A stretch of DNA of 64,000 nt. Origin: an uncultured delta proteobacterium (GTDB lineage: Bacteria; Desulfobacterota; Binatia; Binatales; Binataceae). Position numbers and translations under genes: made by a program. Positions 58,041-64,000 of the stretch are shown here, in pieces; position 1 is the first letter of the stretch, and the number at the start of each line of letters is the position of its first letter. The stretch spans positions 1 through 64,000 of the forward strand of contig CAVQEQ010000004.1 of NCBI GenBank assembly GCA_963711565.1, read 5' to 3'. The notes below the pieces were generated by a model. It was given only the letters and a program-made list of their open reading frames with translations. It was not told where the DNA came from and searched no databases.

Positions 58041-59282
58041 ATGGGCGGGAATATTCAAAAGACGGGTGGACGTTGGCGAATCGACTATCGTGACGGCCAG
58101 GGCAGACGGCATCGCGCGACCTTCGACACGAAGAAGGAAGCCGACACCGCGCTGACGGACATCAAATCGCGAATCGGGAAGGGCGAGTATGTGGCTTCGA
58201 AGCTTCTGCCACATTTTCGCGAACTCGGGGAAGACTGGTTCCGATCGAAGGGCGATCGTCGGCCAGGAACGGTCGGCAACTGGCGCGCTCAGATCGATCT
58301 GCACCTGAATCCCAAATTGGGAGATCTTCGCCTCGATCGGATCAACGTCGCGCTGATCGAAAAGCTGCGCGACGAGCTCCGCGCAAAATTGAGCGCCAAA
58401 AGCGTGAACGCCGTGTTGACCACGGCTGCGGCAATCTTCAAGCTGGCGGTTCGGCGTAAACTTGCAACTGGAAACCCCGCCGCGGACGCCGAGCGTGCCT
58501 TCATGGGCGCAACTGAACTCAAGGATGAGGCGACGAAGGAGCAGCGGGGAGACGGCGTTCAGCCGCTCAGACCAGAGGAAGTTTTGGATCCCAACGAGAT
58601 CCGCAAGGTGCTGGAAAAAGCTGAGCCCGGATATTACCGGACGCTTTTCCTGACCGCGTATTTGACGGGCATGAGAAGCGGCGAACTGTTTGCGCTGCGA
58701 TGGTCGGACATCGAGCTTAAAGGAATCGATGCGGAGACCGGCAAGGAATCCTCACGCGGACGAATTTTGGTTCGCCGCTCGCTCTCGTGGGCTCGCGTGA
58801 AGAAGGATGACGGTCCGGTCCGTCCTCGCTTTTTTCCGCCCAAAACGAAGGCGGGCGTTCGCACGTTGCCGATTCCGATGGAACTCGCAGGAGCGCTCCG
58901 GCGCTGGAAGCTCAAATGTCCGCAGAGCGCGCACGACATGGTCTTCCCGATGCCAGACGGACAGCCGATGCATCGCAGCACGGCGCTGCGTTACGGCTTG
59001 TGGCCGGCGCTCAGCCGCGCCGGATTGCGGAGGGTCAACATGCACTCGCTCCGCCACTCGTTTGCGTCGGCGCTGATCATGGCGGGAGCACCCGTGACCG
59101 AGGTTCAGAGCCTGCTTGGACACTCCAGTCCGGCAGTCACGCTGAAGGTCTATTCGCATTGGTTCAAGAACGTCGAGACCGATTCGGTGGACAGGCTGGC
59201 GAAGAGTCTGACGACAGGCTCCAAAAATCTTGGACACTTTTTGGACACTTTGGAGGTTGCCCCGAAGGCAGATAGCGCATAA
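58041..59282 (+). CDS. int: Tyrosine integrase
   Basis: Arm-binding N-terminus, TGMRSGEL..LRWSDI, PKT, HSLRHSFAS, LGHS..TLKVY. Confidence 0.96.
   Translation: MGGNIQKTGGRWRIDYRDGQGRRHRATFDTKKEADTALTDIKSRIGKGEYVASKLLPHFRELGEDWFRSKGDRRPGTVGNWRAQIDLHLNPKLGDLRLDRINVALIEKLRDELRAKLSAKSVNAVLTTAAAIFKLAVRRKLATGNPAADAERAFMGATELKDEATKEQRGDGVQPLRPEEVLDPNEIRKVLEKAEPGYYRTLFLTAYLTGMRSGELFALRWSDIELKGIDAETGKESSRGRILVRRSLSWARVKKDDGPVRPRFFPPKTKAGVRTLPIPMELAGALRRWKLKCPQSAHDMVFPMPDGQPMHRSTALRYGLWPALSRAGLRRVNMHSLRHSFASALIMAGAPVTEVQSLLGHSSPAVTLKVYSHWFKNVETDSVDRLAKSLTTGSKNLGHFLDTLEVAPKADSA
59230..59251 (+). repeat. 11-bp tandem direct repeat (arm-type site candidate)
   Basis: TTGGACACTTT x2 inside the integrase 3' end. 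Confidence 0.7.
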
Positions 59283-59301
59283 GTACTTGATTTCATTGAG
59301 C

Positions 59302-59393
<92 letters not shown>

Positions 59394-59428
59394 GTTTTAT
59401 TGGGTTTTTTCCGATCTGAATCATTGTT

Positions 59429-60226
59429 TTACGAGCCCGCTTGAGTGCCGTTTTCGGGTCGGGTGGGCATAGGGTGGGCATGATTTGAGGTCAACGGCGT
59501 CGCTGCGGTCTCCAGCGAAGACATTTCTTCTGCAGAAAGATCGTCCGTCGGTATCCAGCGCCAGTAATGTTTCGACAACATTTGCAGCGTGCGATGATCC
59601 ATCTGCCGCTGAATCCAGTTGAGCGGCTTGTGCTGCTTCAGCGCTAGGGCCGCGAAGCTATGAGGGCACTGCCCGATTGGTCTGTGCGGAACTTCAGCTC
59701 GGGTGGGGATCCGGCGCCACACCACGTCGGTCGCCCAACGCACATTGGGCGCAGCGCCGCTCTCATTGGGGAAGACGTACTTGCTGCGTAGCTGAACTCT
59801 TTCCCGTTGCTTTGACAGCTCAGCGCGAACCCTTGGACCGTACTGGATCATGCGCCGGCTGCTCTTCGTCTTCGGCGTCGTGATGCCATATCGGACGCTG
59901 AGGCTGCGGTTGATCAGTGCCCGGTCACGATCGAGGTAGACCCTGTCCCAGGTCAGAGCGAGCGCTTCGCCGCGTCGAATCCCGGTAAAGAAATAGAGAG
60001 TGACAAGAGCGCGTTCCCAGCCCTCGGCCGCCGCGATGATCGCTTCTATCTGATCCGCGTTATACGGCATCACTTCGGCATCTTCCGGCTCGTCCGAGGG
60101 TTCGGAATCGTCGTCGTTCGCCTGGCCGGAATCCTTGAATGGCTTCATCCCGAGCAGGAGGTCTTCGTTGAGAAGCTTCCGAACGCGAGCGAACTCCAGG
60201 ATTTGATTCAGGACATCCCATGCCAT
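59429..60226 (-). pseudogene. Truncated, degenerate tyrosine integrase of a second element
   Basis: TGIRRGEALAL-WD, PKT, GQCPH in place of the usual xxxRH, KHY; N-terminal domains missing. Confidence 0.8.
59461..59482 (-). repeat. Tandem direct repeat (arm-type site candidate of the second element)
   Basis: GGGTGGGCATA GGGTGGGCATG. Confidence 0.6.
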
Positions 60227-60269
60227 TTTGCGATTCCTCCGCGTATTCCGGCAGCGTACCTCGAAGTTT

Positions 60270-60472
60270 CACGCGGGGGTTGAACTGCCTCGTTCGGAAC
60301 GTCGGCCAATAGATCAAGTACCGTCCTTGCACGACGAAAAGGCCGTCCACTTTCCCGACCCCACCAGACACAATCCAGCCATACACGGTCTTTCGGTTGC
60401 GTCGAAGAATTTTTCAGGGACAGTCAGATATTCGCTCTCTGGCAGTCCAACTTCTGCTGCTTGCCTGCTCAT
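60270..60472 (-). pseudogene. Frameshifted excisionase-like HTH remnant
   Basis: MSRQ..EYLTVPE / KILRRNRKTVYGWI..GRYLI across a frameshift. Confidence 0.55.
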
Positions 60473-60858
60473 GATCGCCTGCCTGGTTGTTCGGCGTTAT
60501 CTTTTACCGGCGAACAGTTCTCTCGTGGCGGAGAGCCTTAGCGCAAGCGGGATGCCAGACTAAACACCTGCCGAACTGTAGCGTTTGCGGCATCTTGCGC
60601 CTCCGAAAAGTGTGCTATGTGCAGAATTGGCACGCACACTTTGTGAACGGAATGTTTCAACGAAATGCAACCTTCAATCGTCGCTGCGGTTGCGAGCGTC
60701 AAACTTAACTGCCCTCATCCGATTTCCTCATTCCGTTCAGATACGCCCTCGTCGCATCCGGTTCTTGACTCGGCGCGGTGCAATGAAGTGTGGCCTTGAC
60801 GTGTAATCTAATTCAATTTAGATTTAGAAATAGTCGGCCGGAGGATTGAACAGCAGAG

Positions 60859-62013
60859 ATGCGCCCAGAACGACAGCGTGCGCTGATCGAACGATACCTT
60901 GGCTTCAGGAATGGCGAATGGACCAACGTCGCCCCCGCCAGTATGCGCAACCCGGCGAGCGCCTATGTCGATCCTGAACGTTTTGAGCGCGAGATGAAGC
61001 TGCTCTTTCGCGAGCGGCCGGTTCCCGTCGGACTCAGTTGCGAGTGCAAGGAGCCGGGCTCGTATATGACCGCGCGGCTTGGCGGCGTTCCGATCGCGAT
61101 TGTCCGCCAGTCCGACGGCACTCTGCGCGGATTTTTCAACGCCTGCCGCCATCGTGGCGCGCCGGTTCTTTCCGGCGACGGCGCGGGACTGCGCGCGATG
61201 GTTTGTCCGTATCATGCGTGGAGCTACAGACTCGACGGAACTTTGCTGGGACGACCGCAGGACTGGGGCTTCGACGACGTTGCGCAGAGCGAATGCAACT
61301 TGCGGCCGATCGCGGTCGCCGAGCAGTACGGCCTCATCTACGCTCAGCCCAGTGAGAACGCATCCATCTCGATTGATAGCTTGCTCGAAGGCATGCAGAC
61401 GGAGATCGCCGAGTACGATCTCGCCGGCTACACCCACTTCGAGACGCGCACCCGGGAATGGAACTTCAACTGGAAGCTGGTGATCGACACCTTTACAGAG
61501 AATTACCACATCCCCGCGCTGCATCGCCGCTCGATCGCGCCCTACTACGACGATCGGCATTCCATCTGGGACACCTACGGGCTGCATCAGCGCACGGTCA
61601 ACTTCCGCAGGTCGATCGACAAAGAGCTGGCAGAGAAAGCGCCGCAGGATAGACGCCTGCTGCCGCACACCACCATTGAATACTTTCTCCTACCTAACGC
61701 GCTCCTGACCCATCAGCTCGATCACGTCGAACTGTGGCGAGTCACACCCATCACTGTTGATCGCTGCCTGGTGTCAACCAGTCTCTATGCCCCGGAACCG
61801 CCGCTAACGGACAACGTGAAGCGGCATTGGAAGAAGAACCTCGACATGCTGCTACAAGTCACCGAGACGGAAGACTTTCCGATGATGCTGAACATCCAAG
61901 CGGGGCTCGCTTCAGGCGCGGTGAAGGAAGTCATCTACGGCAAAATCGAGCCTGCGCTGTCCTTCTATCATAAGTCGCTTAATCAGCTGCTCGCGCAGTC
62001 CGGAGAAGCCTGA
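60859..62013 (+). CDS. Rieske ring-hydroxylating oxygenase alpha subunit
   Basis: NACRHRG..CPYHAW, NWK..ENYH...LH, ED. Confidence 0.95.
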   Translation: MRPERQRALIERYLGFRNGEWTNVAPASMRNPASAYVDPERFEREMKLLFRERPVPVGLSCECKEPGSYMTARLGGVPIAIVRQSDGTLRGFFNACRHRGAPVLSGDGAGLRAMVCPYHAWSYRLDGTLLGRPQDWGFDDVAQSECNLRPIAVAEQYGLIYAQPSENASISIDSLLEGMQTEIAEYDLAGYTHFETRTREWNFNWKLVIDTFTENYHIPALHRRSIAPYYDDRHSIWDTYGLHQRTVNFRRSIDKELAEKAPQDRRLLPHTTIEYFLLPNALLTHQLDHVELWRVTPITVDRCLVSTSLYAPEPPLTDNVKRHWKKNLDMLLQVTETEDFPMMLNIQAGLASGAVKEVIYGKIEPALSFYHKSLNQLLAQSGEA

Positions 62014-62016
62014 ACG

Positions 62017-62808
62017 ATGGACCTCGGACTCAAGCACAAGTCGGTAATCGTCACGGGCGGCGCATCGCATATCGGGCAGGCAATCGTATTTGCGTTTGCC
62101 GGCGAAGGTGCGCGCCTCGCGATCATCGACAAGGATACTGCCCAGGCTGAGCGAACGGCCACCGAAGCGAAGCAGCGCGGAGCTCCTCATGTGACCGTCG
62201 TGAGTGCTGATCTCACGAGTCACAGCGCAGCCGACGAAGCTTGTCAGCATGCGATGCAGCAGCTCGGCGGAATCGATGTACTGGCGGCGAACGTCGGCGC
62301 CAACTGGCCCAAGTTCTTCCTCGAAACGCCGCCCGATAGCTGGGACCAATTACTGCATCTGAATCTCAGTGCGGCGATGTCCTGCGTGCGTGCGGTGCTG
62401 CCGCGGATGATCGAGCAGCGGCGCGGGTCGATCGTCGCGACCGCATCTACCGCCGCGTTTGGAGAGCCGCGGCAGAGCGTTTACGCCGCCGCCAAAGCGG
62501 GTGTCGTCGCTTTCATGAAGACCATTGCGCTGGAATACGGCCGCTACGGCGTCCGCGCGAACCTGGTGGCGCCGGGTCTCGTCCTTCCCGATGAAGAAGA
62601 AGAGCTGGGAACTGAATCGATCTGGCGCGATCGCAACTCGATCATGAATGATGCGCAGACTGAGTACGTCGTCAGAAACACGCCTCTGCGCCGCCTGTCG
62701 AGACCCCAGGACATTGCCAACTCGGTCCTGTTCCTTGCGTCGGACGAAACCGGACGCCAATTGACCGGACAGATGCTCACCGTTTCGGGCGGCTTCGCGA
62801 TGCGATGA
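62017..62808 (+). CDS. SDR oxidoreductase
   Basis: TGGASHIG, YAAAK, VRANLVAPG. Confidence 0.95.
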   Translation: MDLGLKHKSVIVTGGASHIGQAIVFAFAGEGARLAIIDKDTAQAERTATEAKQRGAPHVTVVSADLTSHSAADEACQHAMQQLGGIDVLAANVGANWPKFFLETPPDSWDQLLHLNLSAAMSCVRAVLPRMIEQRRGSIVATASTAAFGEPRQSVYAAAKAGVVAFMKTIALEYGRYGVRANLVAPGLVLPDEEEELGTESIWRDRNSIMNDAQTEYVVRNTPLRRLSRPQDIANSVLFLASDETGRQLTGQMLTVSGGFAMR

Positions 62809-62842
62809 TTAGGGGCCGCGCGACCATCCAGGAGAATTTTCG

Positions 62843-63988
62843 ATGCACCTTGGACTGGGCTTAACTTTTCAGAACCTGATCAAGGGACAGACCGACGCCG
62901 AGGTCTATCGCAATGAGCTCGCGCTTGCGGCTCGCGCGGAAGACGACGGATTCGATTCGCTCTGGACGCCCGAGCATCATTTCACCGATTACATGCTCAC
63001 CCCGATCGTCTCTCAGTTCCTGTCATGGGTGGCAGGCCGTACGAAGCGCATCAAACTCGGCACGATGGTTACGGTGCTCCCCTGGTGGGAACCGATTCGA
63101 GTCGCGGAAAGCTTCACGCTCCTCGATCATCTGTCCGAGGGCCGGGCGATACTCGGCCTGGGCCGCGGTCTCGGACGCGTGGAGTTCGATGCTTTTCGTC
63201 TGAATATGAATGAATCACGGCGCCGCTTTACCGAGTACGCCGACGCAATACTCCAGGGTCTGGAAACGGGTTACATGGAGTACGACGGCGAGTTGTACAA
63301 GCAGCCGCGCGTTAAGATTCGACCGCAGCCATACGCCAGCTTCAAGAATCGTACCTTCGCCTCCGCCATTTCGCCCTACTCGATCGATCTCATGGCTCGC
63401 ATGGGTGTGGGCCTAATGGTCATTGCGCAGAAGCCGTGGGAGACAGTCAAGACAGAGCTCGACGGATACCGCAATCACTTTCGTGAGCTAAACGGCCTGG
63501 AGGCTCCGAAACCGGTCATGAACGTGTTTGTCGCGGTGCATGAAAATCCGGCCGAGGCGCAGCGGATGCGCGAAATCTATCTGCAACGTTATGCGCGCTC
63601 GACGGTCAACCATTACGAATTCGACAATGTCTCATTCGCCAAGATCGAGGGCTATGAATACTATGCCGGGATCGCGAAGAATATCGCCAAACACGGGCTC
63701 GACAAGTTCAACGGGTTTCTAGCCGATCTTCAGATCTGGGGTACTCCCGAACAGGTAGTCGAGAAGCTACGCAAGTATGTGAGCTATCTCGATGTCGGCG
63801 CGTTGCTGACGACTCTCTGCTACGGCGGAATGCCTCCGGAAGTCGCGCGAGCAAACTATGATCTGTTCGTGCGTAAGGTACTGCCTGAACTCAAGGCCGA
63901 CAACGTCGGCGGCGATATCGGAGTACGCTACTCATCGGCTCGAGATAGTACGTTGCTCACGACCGCGAGCACGCAGGGCACGGTGTGA
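62843..63988 (+). CDS. LLM-class flavin-dependent monooxygenase
   Basis: GFDSLW.PEHH, T.RIKLGT, LDHLS.GR..LGLGRG. Confidence 0.93.
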   Translation: MHLGLGLTFQNLIKGQTDAEVYRNELALAARAEDDGFDSLWTPEHHFTDYMLTPIVSQFLSWVAGRTKRIKLGTMVTVLPWWEPIRVAESFTLLDHLSEGRAILGLGRGLGRVEFDAFRLNMNESRRRFTEYADAILQGLETGYMEYDGELYKQPRVKIRPQPYASFKNRTFASAISPYSIDLMARMGVGLMVIAQKPWETVKTELDGYRNHFRELNGLEAPKPVMNVFVAVHENPAEAQRMREIYLQRYARSTVNHYEFDNVSFAKIEGYEYYAGIAKNIAKHGLDKFNGFLADLQIWGTPEQVVEKLRKYVSYLDVGALLTTLCYGGMPPEVARANYDLFVRKVLPELKADNVGGDIGVRYSSARDSTLLTTASTQGTV

Positions 63989-64000
63989 GCCAGTTCTGGA

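Larger units (their letters stand above)
1..59301. mobile_element. Integrative conjugative element (Trb-type T4SS, defence cargo, ssb/ardC, xis/int); left end lies outside the window
   Basis: trb operon at the left, leading-region genes, excisionase and tyrosine integrase abutting tRNA-Ser. Relaxase, coupling protein and the second att site are not in the window, so the single-element reading is an inference. Confidence 0.75.

Noticed and set aside
60618-60645. TGTGCA..TGGCACG resembling a UAS or sigma54 promoter
   Set aside because: No GC at the -12 position and only a partial palindrome.

Overview
Most of the window (1 to ~59300) looks like part of an integrative conjugative element (ICE). 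It starts with a P-type Trb mating-pair operon (trbB-C-D-E-J-K-like-L), carries ~42 kb of defence cargo, then a leading region (ssb, ardC) and a regulatory/excision module, and ends in a tyrosine integrase that stops 19 bp before the 5' end of a tRNA-Ser(GCT). The cargo comprises: AbiEi/AbiEii TA; SNF2 helicase-Mre11-Rad50-like ATPase-AIPR cluster; type I Zorya (zorABCD); a DUF499/DUF1156/PLD-SNF2 restriction-like system with a frameshifted methylase; a CapH/CapP-like XRE + IrrE pair divergent from a Bub-like ubiquitination operon; and a tightly coupled five-gene operon XRE - Cas4/AddB-like Fe-S nuclease - long prokaryotic Argonaute (first catalytic Asp replaced by Asn) - small helical protein - HEXXH metallopeptidase. 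That Argonaute operon is my best candidate for an undescribed system. A second unusual feature is an apparent sigma54 circuit for excision: an ICE-encoded sensor-less enhancer-binding protein, two 17-bp palindromes and a -24/-12 promoter in front of the excisionase. A decayed second int/xis remnant lies on the 3' side of the tRNA, followed by probable host genes (Rieske oxygenase, SDR, LLM monooxygenase). All family calls come from motif recognition by eye; no database search was run.
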